DNA of 64,000 bases from Eukaryota sp. TZLM1-RC (Eukaryota; Protista; Metamonada: BaSk clade): assembly GCA_040285825.1 (NCBI GenBank), contig JAUPSS010000001.1, positions 2,046,001-2,110,000 of the forward strand, in the 5' to 3' direction. This document shows positions 34,386 to 47,439 of this stretch, piece after piece. The position numbers and the translations under genes were made by a program. How positions within the stretch are numbered: position 1 is the stretch's first letter; the number at the start of each line of letters is the position of its first letter. Under the pieces are notes generated by a model. That model had not been told where the DNA came from, did no database searches, and saw only the letters and a program-made list of their open reading frames with translations.

Positions 34386-35000
34386 ATTACATGATGCTGT
34401 TAGAGACACTGTTTTCAATATGGCACAAACTGCAAGAATATCGTGTATCAAAGAGCCTCTGCTGAAGGAAACACTTTCTCTGAATAATTTTGGTTCTGAT
34501 GATAGAGGTGATGTATACTGTGATTGGATTGATAATTCTGAAGCTATTGTTGACTTTGTCTCATGTAATGTTGCAAACGATAATTTGGTTCACAGAAGAA
34601 AACTTAATCCTGTGGCTGCTCTGGATTTTAAAGCAAAAGAAAAACATAGAAAATATGATAAAGGTATTGAAGATGCAAATGTCGATAGAAATACACAGCT
34701 GGTTTTTATTGCTTTCCCATTTTCGATAAATGGAAGATTATCAGTTGAAGCAGAAACTTTTTTGGATGACTTCCAAAAAATGGTGAAAGAAAAAACAATG
34801 AAAAGATTTGATACTTTTTTATGGCGTTCACGGATTCAATTTGCCATTATTAATAGATTACCGCGGTTTTTCAATCGAATAAGAGAAGCTTTAGCTAGAC
34901 AGCAAGCAGATCAAGATTTTGTAGAGGAAATCTTGGTTCAATGATAGTCGTCCCATTAGTATTGAGTTAATTTAATTAAGTGTGCAAATTCAATAAATAC
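34386..35000 (+). mobile_element. 3' fragment of CRE-like family B (RLE domain)
   Basis: ORF 34378-34944 matches the C-terminus of ORF 59523-60464. Confidence 0.9.
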
Positions 35001-35688
35001 GAATTAATTGCATACATGACTAAATCAGTAAACAAATTTCATAAATTAATTATTATTTTATTTATTTGATTTTATTAATCATAAATTGTCAATTAAATTA
35101 ACTGAAATCGCCAAAAGTTTACTATTGCCACCTAGCAAAAACAGCACTGTTGAAGCTTGGAAAATAAAGAGCTTCGTTTTAAAATTTTCGTTTTGAAAGC
35201 GTGCTAGGAGTTGAAACAGTAATCCAAGGTAATAAAATTTAAACTTGTGAATTTGACCGCAAACATCGACTGGAGATGACCGTTCATCATTCTTAAGTCA
35301 AGCTCAGTCGACTCTGAGATTTATTGAACAAGGAAAAACAATATGCTTTATTGTTTGTTGTTATCAAACAATCTAACAAAAATATTTTTGCAAAAGATAT
35401 AGCTTTATAAGACATTATTGTTTACAAACATTTGTTCGTAAACGTGGTAAAACTTGGGCCAAACCAGACCAATGACTAAAGAGTCACAATTGGCTTCTAC
35501 AACTGTTGTTCAATAGTGAACAATTTCAACATACATCTGAAAGAACCCTGAAAATACTTATAACTCCAGCTGAGAAAGCTCAAAGATCCATTTTTTGGAT
35601 CCCGCATTGTAGAATAGTCATTTGTCATTCCGAAGTTTAGTTGGTGATCGATGAGGTTGACACTAAGTCTCCACTAACTCCGATCAAT

Positions 35689-35761
35689 GACCCTGTGGCG
35701 TAATTGGAAGCGCGTTTGACTACGAATTAAAAGGTTGTGGGTTCGAGTCCTACCTGGGTCG
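35689..35761 (+). tRNA. tRNA-Arg (ACG)
   Basis: GACCCTG-TG-GCGT AATTGGAA GCGC-G-TTTGA CTACGAA TTAAA-AGGTT-GTGGG TTCGAGT CCTAC-CTGGGTC-G; T6.T67 mismatch; TTTT shortly downstream. Confidence 0.88.
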
Positions 35762-35945
35762 AATTGTTTTAAACCAAACTACCACTGATAACTATTTTAG
35801 TATTTGATCTTTTGTGTTGAATGTGGTATGTAATCCTTTAATTTCTATACATAAGGTTGCGTTGGTGAAATACAAAAAGAAATTGAAGATTACTGGAAAA
35901 ATAAAATTATTTTAACATCAATTAAAGACATGAAAAAATATTTGA

Positions 35946-36430
35946 TGTCGTGGTGATTTAACTGCTCCTTTTGGGATTTCTCTCAAGTTGTTGATTTTAC
36001 TACTGTTGATCCCTTTGCTTCAATTTATAATGATGATGTCTTAGTTAGTTCGAATGGCCACTTGAACAAGGCTGAGGTTCTTAAACGAGACAAATATGCT
36101 GAATTATTAAATGATTTAAATAAGAATATTTACTCGAAGTTTTCTTTTGTTTCTTTTGCCTTCTCGATCTTTGGTGATATTGGTCAGTCTGGTTTGAATT
36201 TTCTCAATGATTTTGATAATCTTTTTTGTTCAAATGGTAAGAATTTTGCTGGGTATTTATGGAAAATTCGTATCATTTTTGCTTTGTATAGAAGTGTTCC
36301 CAGGTATTTAAATTTAATGGTGTCCAAGCTGTACAAGGATTCTTCGAGAGTTGGCGTGGAGAAAGAGAAAGAGTTGGCATTTGTTTCTTATGTGTTTTAA
36401 TTTGTTTTATTTTGTAATTACGTAGAAAAT
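35946..36430 (+). mobile_element. Diverged 3' fragment of CRE-like family C
   Basis: ORF 36062-36400 resembles the family C C-terminus. Confidence 0.85.
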
Positions 36431-36534
36431 AACTAAAAGGAAATCTATACAAAAAAATATATTTGATATTACTAAAATACAAAAATTACAAAATCAATAA
36501 AAAACTCAAAAAAAAACAAATTAATAATTAATTA

Positions 36535-37275
36535 TTAATTTACTCCTGCTATACCTAGAAATTCCTTCCTTCTCTCTTTACTGATTAATGGCATTTCTAA
36601 ATCAAATGATTCCTCCTCAACAGAATCTTCCCTTTCTACATCAAATTTGACACATTCGCCAGGTAAAAAATCAACACACTGCAAAGAATCATCACTCAGA
36701 TCGAGGCTAAAAGGATCAAAATCAAGCACCAAAAGACTGTTGACCATGGATCCTTTAATATTCTTCTTATGTTCTGATTTTGGAACATGCGGAGGCCTTT
36801 TTGCGAAATGACTACACAATTGAACGCCATTGCCTTCGGTGAATTTGGGATATCCGAAATGGGAAACAGGTTCTACCCAAGAAGGAAAGTGGTTCGTGCA
36901 TGGTGGTGGTGATGAGGATGGGGTGGATTGCGAGAGGGAAGTGAGTGTTGAACAAATGGTATTTCTTGTGTCAATATCAGCAACAGACAACGCGTTCGAG
37001 ACATCCCATGTGTTGGATTGAGTGGAAACATCACATGAGGATGCATCAGGAGTGCGCAAAGATGTGGATATAATGGAAGACTGTTGAAGTTGAGCAGGTG
37101 GATGGTCGAGGACAGTTTGGTATTTAGATGAAGAGTCAGTGAGACGATTGGAGTCCATCAATAGAGTTGTGGGTAATGTTGAGTCATCTACATGACGTAG
37201 GGATAGTGGATCTGTTAGAGAAAGTTCGGTGTTAGAGGATAGGCTTGGTATTTGATCAACAAACTGCATCATCAT
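36535..37275 (-). CDS. Hypothetical Ser/Thr-rich protein (246 aa)
   Basis: ATG-initiated ORF, more GC-rich than its flanks; no recognised domain. Confidence 0.6.
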   Translation of the reverse strand: MMMQFVDQIPSLSSNTELSLTDPLSLRHVDDSTLPTTLLMDSNRLTDSSSKYQTVLDHPPAQLQQSSIISTSLRTPDASSCDVSTQSNTWDVSNALSVADIDTRNTICSTLTSLSQSTPSSSPPPCTNHFPSWVEPVSHFGYPKFTEGNGVQLCSHFAKRPPHVPKSEHKKNIKGSMVNSLLVLDFDPFSLDLSDDSLQCVDFLPGECVKFDVEREDSVEEESFDLEMPLISKERRKEFLGIAGVN

Positions 37276-37866
37276 CAGAACAGCATTTTGTAGAGGAAAT
37301 CTTAGTTCATTTTTCGAAGGTATTTTAATAAGTGTGGTAGTTCAAAATATGAATCGATCTGAACTACATCATCAATTGATTCAAAAGCCTTAGTGAATTT
37401 TGATTATTGATTCAATTGGTAAGTGCCCATTTCAGCTTGTCAAAAGTTGAATAATGTTATTGATGTCAATCAATTTGGTGAGCTCAAACCCCTCATTGAA
37501 TCATATTTACTTTTTTGGGAGCTGTGTTGTTGTTTTTTGAGGAACAAAATTGTATGTTACTGAAATGGACAGTTTGAGGAAATATACATCACTGAGTAAA
37601 TGTTACTATTTTGTTACTACACCAGATTTGTTTGACATCTGCATTGGTTTCGTGCCTTTGTGGTTAAAAAAACCATTGTGTAACCTACGAAATCTATTTA
37701 GCACAAATTTCAATTGCCCTTTGTCGTTCTCTCTTGATGTCCATTGATATTCCAACAATAGTGACAAGCAATCAGCAGCAAGGAAAATAGATTCACCCAC
37801 ATGCAGCATAGTGGAAGAAAGAAAAGCTGTTTATTTTTTGATTGGACACAATCAATCTATCACACA

Positions 37867-38202
37867 ATGATTGTTATATTGGTCCTGTTAATGTCTTGTC
37901 TAATATTACGTTCAGATGGTGCTGATTATTCATTCTTATCTATTGAGAACCAGTCTTCCAGCAAGACCATGATTCTCCATTCACGATCCAACCCTGCATC
38001 TATGTGGGATAGACTCCCTGACTACAACATTCTTCCACACAAGACAGGCTATGCTACAATAACATCTGAGTATGCCCGTTTGTCTTATGAGAGAGGCACC
38101 TTTATTGTTCAATTTGGACACAACATTTGCTTTTGCGGTGGCTGCAACTGTGTTGTTACGGAACAATCCCAGCGGAGGTGTAGAGTCTCTGCTGCCTGTT
38201 GA
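37867..38202 (+). CDS. Small predicted secreted Cys-rich protein (111 aa)
   Basis: Signal-like MIVILVLLMSCLILRSDGA; six Cys near the C-terminus; AATAAA 30 nt after the stop. Confidence 0.6.
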   Translation: MIVILVLLMSCLILRSDGADYSFLSIENQSSSKTMILHSRSNPASMWDRLPDYNILPHKTGYATITSEYARLSYERGTFIVQFGHNICFCGGCNCVVTEQSQRRCRVSAAC

Positions 38203-38909
38203 TTCATCACACATTTACATGTCTCTTCATTGAATAAAACGTTGTTTATCATTGATTAATTGGCATTTCATTAACCAGTAGCTATAGTGGGGAAGCAAGA
38301 CGATCATGAATTGGTAGAGAAAATTATGTGAATTTGTAGAGCATCAAAGTTCAACGTTGAACTGATGGACCATCTATAACGTTTATATACTATACAATTG
38401 CAATTGCAATTGCAATAGTTGTTTACTATTCTGAAAAAAATAGTAGCACTATTCATGAGCAATCACCATGGGACCATATATAATATCATTACTGAGGTTC
38501 ATACATGGTGGAAGTCGTTGTTGAAAATGACGGTTACAGGGATGTTTTGTATTATTTTGATCTGTTCCAGAGCAATTTGAACTTAATGCACTAAATTAAA
38601 CAGAATCATTTGCAGGCGTCACTCAAGTAGCTTAAAACTTTACCTTAAAGCGAAGTTCTTTACTGTGCCTTAATAAACACTTTAGAAGAATCTCAAAATA
38701 CCCATTGATTGTACTCTGTTGCCCTTATTCATGAGGTTATACATTAAAATGCATTTTATTATCGTATCTATTGTGGCGATTCAAGCATGTTACATCAAAA
38801 ATGCAATAATTTACTTTAGTATAATAGACCGTAAAGGAAACAATATTGAGGCAAATCAAAGTCATTGCAGATTTTTTTTGAAATAACCTGATAATTTAAT
38901 TGATTGAAT

Positions 38910-39243
38910 AACTCAGCTTTACTGTGCCCTTCCGTGTTTCCTTCAAAAGGCTCTGTCAAGGTTCCACAAATCCTCCTCTCCTTCAGTTGACAGATTCTTT
39001 TCCCGTCCAAAAACGATTCATCACATTCCTACTCCCCCATGATCGATCGGACTGGTTTTCTATGTGTAAAAGCCGAATCTATTGCTTTACAAGCACCGAC
39101 CATTCGGGAGGTTGGAATAAAGTCTATTTGGAGTGGTTTTGGCCATACCCATCTACTTAACTATTCCGGGGAAATTTATAGTTGAGGGTTTAATTAACTC
39201 GGTCAAGTTGGTCATGATGGACCCAAGGCAATAAAATGGCTAA
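38910..39243 (+). pseudogene. Remnant of an RCC1-repeat gene
   Basis: Manual translation IKSIWSGFGHTHLLNYSGEIYS*GFN*LGQVGHDGP is an RCC1 blade with two stops. Confidence 0.65.
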
Positions 39244-39284
39244 TTAAATTACCCCCAAATGAATATTGAAGATTGTTGTTAAGA

Positions 39285-40184
39285 AGAAACAAATCAAATC
39301 AAAACAAAAACACATAAGAAACAAAATTTTCCACGCCAACTTTTGATGAATTCTTATACAGCTTGGACATCATTAAATTTTAGTATCTGGGAACACTTCT
39401 ATACAAAGCAAAAATGATACGATTCTTCCATAAATTCCCTGCAAAATTCTTACCACTTGAACGAAGTGAGTTATCAAAGTCATTGAGAAAATTCAAGGCA
39501 GACTGACCAATGTTACCAAAAATCGAGAAGGCAAAGAACAAACGAAAACTTCGAGTAAGGTTCCAATTTAAAACATTTAATCACTCATCATATTTGTCTC
39601 GTTTACGAACCTCAGCCCTGTTTAAGTGACCATTAGAACTAACTAAAACATCATCACGATAAATTGAAGCAAAGGGATCAACAGTAGTAAAATCAACAAC
39701 AACTTGAGAGGCATCCACAAAGGGAGCAATTAAATCACCTCGACGTGAATTAAACAGATTATTATCGTTATAATGCTTCAACAACGGTTCTACTTTGCAA
39801 CTAAAATTGCAACACTTAAACATTTCATATGTCAAATCAGGAACAGCATTATGAAGAACTGACCGATATTGAAGAAACTTCTGACAACTCACACTATGAC
39901 GGAAATTGGCAGACGGTTTTTCGTAACAAATACAAACCGAATTATCCAAAAGTCCACTCGGATACAGCCCTAATCTCAAACGCATGTTTTGTTTCCAAGC
40001 TTCATTTGTTAAATGAAGACCAAATGGCCTTGGTTGCTGAAAAATAAAAACTAGTGCAATTCCGGATGTCTGATGAAAAGGCAACAACGACGGGATTATT
40101 AATCTAAGTCACACTAAGTCGTTTAGAAAAATCCAGGTCTTTAAAACCAGTTAAAACAGACTTCTGTGATTTCACAACAGCAAA
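39285..40184 (-). mobile_element. Diverged CRE-like family C fragment, split by the LTR element (resumes 47594-47645)
   Basis: ORF 39581-40087 matches family C; joining the LTR flanks gives CACAACAG-CAAA-ATGAAAATT versus family C CACAACAG-CAAG-ATGAAGATT. Confidence 0.85.
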
Positions 40185-40338
40185 TGATGGTCTTGGCTGT
40201 TGGTTATTGTCTGACATACAATGTAGAGTAACAGAAGTGTAATTTATTACGAAGAGGAATTGTATTCACTCTTCTTTAGCTAACAGGCGGAATACTAATA
40301 ACTAAACTATTAACTATAAATACTATTCAAGACTAACA
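40185..40338 (-). repeat. 3' LTR (154 bp)
   Basis: Identical by eye to 47440-47593. Confidence 0.95.
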
Positions 40339-43300
40339 CTGCCTTTTCCTCTCTTTCGAGCGACGAGCCCTGGAAGCTCTAGTCACAGGAGGTGAACTAA
40401 TGGAAATATGACGCTTCTTGGGAGGAGCGGATTTAGTACGGCGACGTGCTTTTGAAGTCTTGATAAAGTCTTTATACGCGGCAGTATTTTGGACTGTAGA
40501 CACATGTTCGGTGGTGATCTCTTTTCCAGGTCATTGCACTTGGCAAAAGTCACCATCCTGACTGAGCACTTTTTCAATGATGTGTTCTTCGACATCACCT
40601 GCAGCGACCCAGGAGTGGAACTCATCGTTGGTGGGCAAGCTGGAGTGCCAGGGTGCTAAATGTTTGACGCTAGCTTGGACAATCGTACCTGTGCAGAGAT
40701 TCTTAATATTCACAGACGAATTGGATACGATTTCAGTAATTAGGAAGGGTCCTAAATAGTCTCCATGAAGCTTAGCGGAAGAGCCAGATGCTCTCAATAC
40801 CAATTGACCAACTTCAAAAGGGTTTGGAGTTGACGATCTAGCTAGCTTGGAAGCTTTGGAAGCTTGATGGTGTGCTGCCTTTTCCTGTTTCTCTTTCAAT
40901 CTTCGAAATTTAGATTGAATTTCTTGAATAAAAGATGACTCAGACGTCGAGCTTTCAATGATTTCAAGAATTTTGCCAGGGTCTGATCTGGGAGACACAT
41001 CTGAGCCAAAGATCACTTGGTATGGGGTGTGGTTGGTTATTGAGCTCTTGGAAGAGTTGATCAATAATTGCACATAAGGCAAGTATTCAGACCACACATC
41101 GTAGGCATTGAAGTCTACGAGCAATTTCCGTAGGTTTTGCTGGATGTCTCTGTGTCGGCGCTCTACCAAGCCGTTGGACGGAGAAAACCTAGGTATTGAC
41201 TTTGACACCTCTATGCCCAAAAATTTGCTTAATTCGTCAAAGACAGCCTTGGAAAATTCGGGTCCATTATCGCTGTGGATTTGAAATGGAATACCAAAGA
41301 TGGCACAGACTTTCCAAATTAATGCATCTGCAGTAAGATTGGCATTTATCTCTTTTAAAGGCACGATGATCGTGAACCTAGAGAAGCTGTCAATAAATAC
41401 GAGGATGTATTTGTAGCCTTCTTGATCTTCTGGAAGAGGACCAATAACGTCGGCGTTGACGCGAGCAAAGGGTCTGTCAGCCCACAATGAACCGGTTGGG
41501 GGAACATGCAGTTTGGGAACTGGCTTAGTTTTCTGACAGGAGGGGCATTCTTGGACGTGTTTATTCATGTCGGTGAGCATGTTTGGCCACCAATAATCGC
41601 TGTTCCTGAGCTTGTTCAGGCTTTCAGCTTTGCTTGGATGACCTCCTTGCAGAAGTCCATGCAACAAGTTAAGGGTGTCCTTAATGAGTGATTTGGGAAT
41701 CACTATCTTGTTGTCGTGAGTCATAAATAAATCAAGATGATTGTTATGAACACAGTTGTTGAAAGAGGGGTCTTTGGAAGCTATGGCAAGCTTCTGTTCG
41801 GACCTAATCCTACAGAGCCATGGCTCGAAAATAGGCAGGTCGTTGGAACATCGTTCTCTGATGACCATGATACGTTCGAAGTTGTTTAAGTCTTCGATGT
41901 AGTATCTTTCATTTTCTGTTCCATCAATTTTATCAATGTAAAATATTGGATGAAAATTTGGAGGCATTTGATGGGACAAATGATTGATCTCTTCATGGTC
42001 TATAGGCGGAACTATTCGAGACAACATATCAGCCCAGAAGTTATCTTCCCCTTTGGTATGTACCAAATCAAAGCAGAATTCAGAGAATATGGGTAACCAT
42101 CTTGTTACAATTCTGTTCTTCTCAGGAGCCGTGAACATGTAGGTAAGGTTTTGATGGTCTGTGAATATAACCAGTTTCCTTCCTTTCAAGTAGTTTTCAA
42201 AACCACTTTGAGTTAACATGAGTAGGATAGCATAGAGTTCCTTTTGGTTTGTCGGCCAGTTCTTTTGCGAGTTGGTTAACAACCGGCTGAAGAAACTGAT
42301 AGGCCTACATTTCCTGTTGATCAGGGGGGTACCGGGGTCGTCGACTTGTTCGATTTGTTCCCATATGACGCCGCCTACAGCAATGTCGGATGCATCGCAA
42401 CTAATTAAAATTTGGTTGTCCAGCGGAGGTAAGCTGAGCGGCATGTGCTTCGCTATCAGTTGTTTGATCTTTTGAAGGAGTCCGTCGTGCATGTCGGTCC
42501 ATTGGAGGCGTTGCGCGCGGGGTTTGGGTTTAACTTTGGAGTTATTTCCATCCTTCTTAGTCAATCTGATGATAGGAGCGATGAGCTCAGATACCTGTGG
42601 AAGCCATTCTCTAATGAAGTTGACTGATCCTACGAGGCTGCGGACGTCTTTGATTGTCTTTGGTCTAGGTAGATTCAGCAAAGATTCAACGCGAGTGGGA
42701 TCGATAGTCCGCTGTTTGTTTTGGAAAACACTGCCCAGTATCTTGATTGGGTGTCTGGAAGACACGAAATGGCACTTTGGAAGTCCCAAGGAAACTCTTT
42801 TGCATCTGGCTTGATCAAGGACGCGACGGAGGCGTTCAATGAATTCGTCAAAGGTTGAACCTATGATTATGATGTCATCTATGTAAATGAAGACACCGTC
42901 TCCCGAGAAGATGTCAGCCATGACGTTTTGGAAAACGGCTGGGACATTCTTTAGGCCAAAAGCTGCACGTTTGAACATGATGCTTTTGCCAGGAATGCTC
43001 AGGGCTGTTTTCTGCCAATCCTTTTCGGCAATCTTGAGTTGCCAAAAGGCTTAGGGGAGGTCAAGGGTGCCTATGTAGTTCGCTTGGGAGAGAAATACCA
43101 GCACATCGGAGATCCTTGGAAGGTTGGGCTCAACAGGAATGGTGTTGGCGTTGACTCCGTCCTTGCCACTATAGTCACCGGTAAGGCGGGGCTTACGGTG
43201 ATCTGGGTAGACCACTAGACAGACAGGGCAGCTGAACTCATGGTTCGATGGGACAGCAAATCCTGAGTCTACGAGTTCGTCGAAAATTTGTTTAGCGACC

Positions 43301-46300
43301 TCTAGCCTGGCTGGATTCAGGGTCCTGGGGGGTCTTCTAACTCTGACGTCTTCATTGTAGAAGTTGATTTCCATGGGAGGGCAATCAATACCTTCAGCAT
43401 GAGGCTTGAGGGTAAATACGTCTTCGAACTCTTTCAAAGTTTGAAGTAGGGACTTCTTGAAATGGTCGTTGTCGAGGTTGATGGTACAACCAGATGAGTT
43501 GATGTGTTCCAACCAACGTGTGGAAACGTTGACGACTTCTGAAGCTTGCGATATTCGATGGTCGAATTCGGCTTCAGGTAATAGTAATGTGCGACAGGCG
43601 TCGTCCATTCTAATATAAATGCCCTTGTTGTTCATCAGTCCAAGGTGACTCAGCAAGTCAGCACCAATGAGAATGGTCTCATGTCCAGGAACGATGCTGA
43701 ACTTGTGTTTCACATGTACAATCTGGGTAACACAGCCTAGTCTAATACTAAGGGTTCCAGAAGCGGTACCAAGGGACTGTGAGGTAGTTCCATCAGCAAT
43801 CTTGTAGGATATGGTTTTGTTGGAACGTGCCATGTTACAATTTCTGATGACGTCTTCCGTGACTACTGAGCATGTTGCGCCAGAGTCGATTATGCCTTTA
43901 ACCTCGACATTGTTGATCGAGAAGTTTAATTGAAGGCAGTTGGTTGTGGACTTTATGGATTGTACCATGAATATTATATCCGAATCATATTCAGCTTGTT
44001 CTGAGAAGAAATTAGCTTGAATGTTGTGTGTCTTGGTATGTTCCAAGTTGGCCAAAGGATTGATTAGGGAATCTTTCCATGTTGTGTTTTCTGTGTGGGA
44101 ATGTGTTGTAGTTGTAGGGGGTATGGTTTCAAAACTGCGTAAATAGTGACGGAAACGTTTATTATATGATGAAGAGCCTCTGCCTCTGCCGCGAGTGCCT
44201 CTTCGACTACGGAAACCAGAACCTCTAGAACTTCTGCCTTGAGCTTTGTGTTGAGCTTGTTGCTCTCTCCACTTTTTTGCTTCTTTGGCAGTCCTCACTA
44301 GGGCACCTTTCAGTCGGATGACCCATTTGTTTACAGAAATTGCATTGGACGTTGGCATCAGACTGAGTGGAAGACGGTTGAGTAGAGCTTCCTTCTCGTC
44401 GTTGTTGTATTGGGCGCCTGCCAGAGCTGGAACCTCTTGGTTTGGGGATAGCAGGGGGAGAAGGTACCGTCTGTCTGCGACGGTTCTCAGTCTGAAACGA
44501 GATTCTATTTTGATACAAGAAGTCCACGTGATTGATCTGCTCCTTAAAAGATCTAGCATTACAGAAATTTTCGTATTCTATTTGGAGAACACTGAAAAAT
44601 TCTCCTAGGGTGTGGCCATCTGAGTAGTAATGGGAGGGATTGGACCAGATCCTGAGGAGTCTGTCCCTGATGATGGTAATACCGATGCTTTCAATAACGT
44701 GAGAGGCAATTTCCCATTCAGGAAGTCGGTCGACGGGGTTTCCGTGGATGGTGATGTGTCTCATTTGTTGAGTCAGACCACGAACGTCTTGGATAGCGGT
44801 GGAACGCGTTAAGACTCTGCCTATGTTAAGCATGAAGTCTATCCATCTGTTACCATAATCTCTCTCAGACCAATCCATGTGTACAGCATGAAGTGCGTCC
44901 AGTCTTGATCTTGGGCTTGATCCAGTCTACTGAATTGGGTTCTCCTTAGGATCTGTTCCCAAATTTTGCGTTCGTCTCTGCTGGTTGGGACCATGGCGGA
45001 GGAAATTGAAAGGCCAGTGCCTTGATACCTTAAAGCGTTGAGAGCTTCAGGTGTAACGCATTCAGCTAAGCCTCTGGGACTAATGCGCATGGCAGATCTG
45101 AAGAGATCCCATTCATGAATTGGTTCACTGTCGAACCGTTGATCAGATGCCAGTTCTGCTGATCTAGCTAGTTCAAGTTCTTCGCGAAGTCTAGCAACTT
45201 CGCTGGCTAAAGCAACTTGGGCAGGATCCTCGATGTTGCCTCTAGCCTCGTCTACAATTCTGTCAGTGCGACTCCAGAGGATAAACTTGTTAACAAACTT
45301 GAGGAGTTTATCAACGTCTCTCAGATCAGTCGCGTCGAGAGTTGGACGTTTAGGGCGGTCTCTGCGTCTGTTGTCTCTATCTCTTGATCCCACCATGGAA
45401 GATAGGAGAAGGTTACTATCGTAAGTACCTGAGAAAGTAGAACGTGAAGAACTAACCGTAGAAGGTGTTGGTTGAGCCGTGTGTTGTGAACTTGTTGAAC
45501 CAGTGGAAGGAGGTGTGGGTGGAACCACTGATTGTTCCATAGGCTGTGCAGGTGCTGGAGTTTGTTCCATTGGTGCTAGCACAGTTGGAATTGAGTCTGG
45601 AGTTGGGGACTCATCACTGACTTCTACTACAACATCCTCTTCAGTTTGTTCCATGGGAGGATTATGCGAGGGTTCTGTAGAAGTTTCCATAGGTTGATCT
45701 GTGGAAGGTGGAACTTCGCGTTGGTGAGGTTCAGGAGAAAGTTCTATCTCTTCAATCTGGGTTGGAACCTGGTAAGAAGAGATCGCTGGTTGAACCAAGC
45801 GTGTTTTCTCTATACGACCTTCTACCATTACCCACTTTAACATCCTGGATTCTATGCATCCAGGGAAGACGGTGACGAGCTGGAGGGCTCTTTGAAGATT
45901 GCCTGATCTTCTGTGGTCAGGACCACAATATGAAGCTATATGGTCAGGACGTCTGTCGTAAAGAAAGAGTCTTTCACCATATGTGGTTTCGGTAAACCAC
46001 CACCCTGTTCTATAATCTCTGTCGATAAGGATATCGAGAGATGCGTTGTACCCAGGGCTGAACCTAGGGTATGGGCAAGGGTTGTGAACATTTATGAAGA
46101 GGTTGTCTTCATCTCCAGCGAAGCGTCTGAATACTCCTTCTCGAGTAGTTCTCATGAACCTAACTCCGGGTCTTGGTTCGTGAGTTGGTTCTGGGTCATT
46201 CCTGGAGGTTTCTGGGGTGATCCTTTCATCGGTAAGAAATGGACCTATTCTGGGAGAGATCCATAATCCTAAGTCATTCTCGACTTTGGGACCGTAGAAA

Positions 46301-47439
46301 GGAGGCCGTTTGTTGCTCATCTCCGTGGGAGGGATGGCTTCTGGATCCTCTGGAATGACTCGTGTGTCCCTATATCTAGCGTAAGGGTTGTGCTGACGGA
46401 AAGCACCATGATGAACACTCGAGCTAGCGTGGGAGCTAGTTTGAGAAGGGGTAGGTTGAGCAGGTGTAGAGGATGTTCCTCTTCTAGCTTCAATCTCTCT
46501 GTCCAATCTTTTTCTGTGTTCCCAGTTTCGTTCTTCTTGGAGAAAACGCTCTATATATTCTTTAGAGACCTCACCAGGAATTTTGTCAATTTCAGAAGAA
46601 GGTGCCGTAAGAGGGACCTGATGTTGAGGTAGAGGGGAAAATTCCTTGGGAGGTTTCTCGTACTCAACCAAATCTGAAAAGATTTGTTCGTACCTTTTCC
46701 TTTGCTCTTCGGAAAGAAACGAAGGAAGGTTCGAAAGGCTAGGGATGGAATCGCTAGCCTGGTGAGGGGAAACAGACAGATTATTAACTCCACTAACTGT
46801 TGAAGTTAGAGGAGATCCTGAAGTTGGAACAGCAGAATTTTGGATAGTTCTCCTAACAGTTGGAACTGCAGGGAGAAGCTGTTGAGAGTGAGAGGGTGGG
46901 ACCTCAGAACTGGATGGAAGGGATGAAGATGGTACTTCAATGGCCTTCTTAGAGGAGGAAGAGGGTTGGTCTTCCAATCCTTCTTTTGTAGTGAGAGAAG
47001 GTTGAACAGTCTCTCTGCTCTGAGTAGAAGGTGAAGGTGGTACTTCAGAACTTCTTCCAGGGAGGGGAGAAGGTGGGACTTCAGATGCTCCCAATTGCGA
47101 AGGGGGAAGAGGAGCAACGGAATCCTCTACGTCCTCGTCGTCGTAGGAGACCAACGAAGGACTTCTTCCTTCCGAAGGAACGGAATCCTTGGGAGGGTTG
47201 TCTCCTTCCACAGGAACAGAATCCTGAGGAGGGGAGCTTCCTTCCATGGGAACGGAATCCTCTGGAAGGGAATTGTCTTCCTTTGGGGTGGAACCCTCAG
47301 GGAGAGATGCTTCAGGAAGCGCAGAAGCTTCAACCGAAGAAGGAGGCACGGAAGCAGGGTCTGTGGTTAGTGGTGAGGAAGAGGGACCAGTCTCTTCCTC
47401 AAGGATCCTACGCTGAGCCGGGGACGACCCAATACGTAT

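Noticed and set aside
35468-35628. Long-range stems (TTCTACAA/TTGTAGAA, ATGACTA/TAGTCAT) upstream of tRNA-Arg
   Set aside because: No known ncRNA motif, AT-rich stems arise by chance, and the region may be a decayed coding fragment.
38900-39240. RNase MRP/P-like RNA on the minus strand (TTTCCCCGGA ... ACACGGAAGGGC)
   Set aside because: The P4 helix cannot be formed convincingly, and the plus strand translates as an RCC1 remnant.
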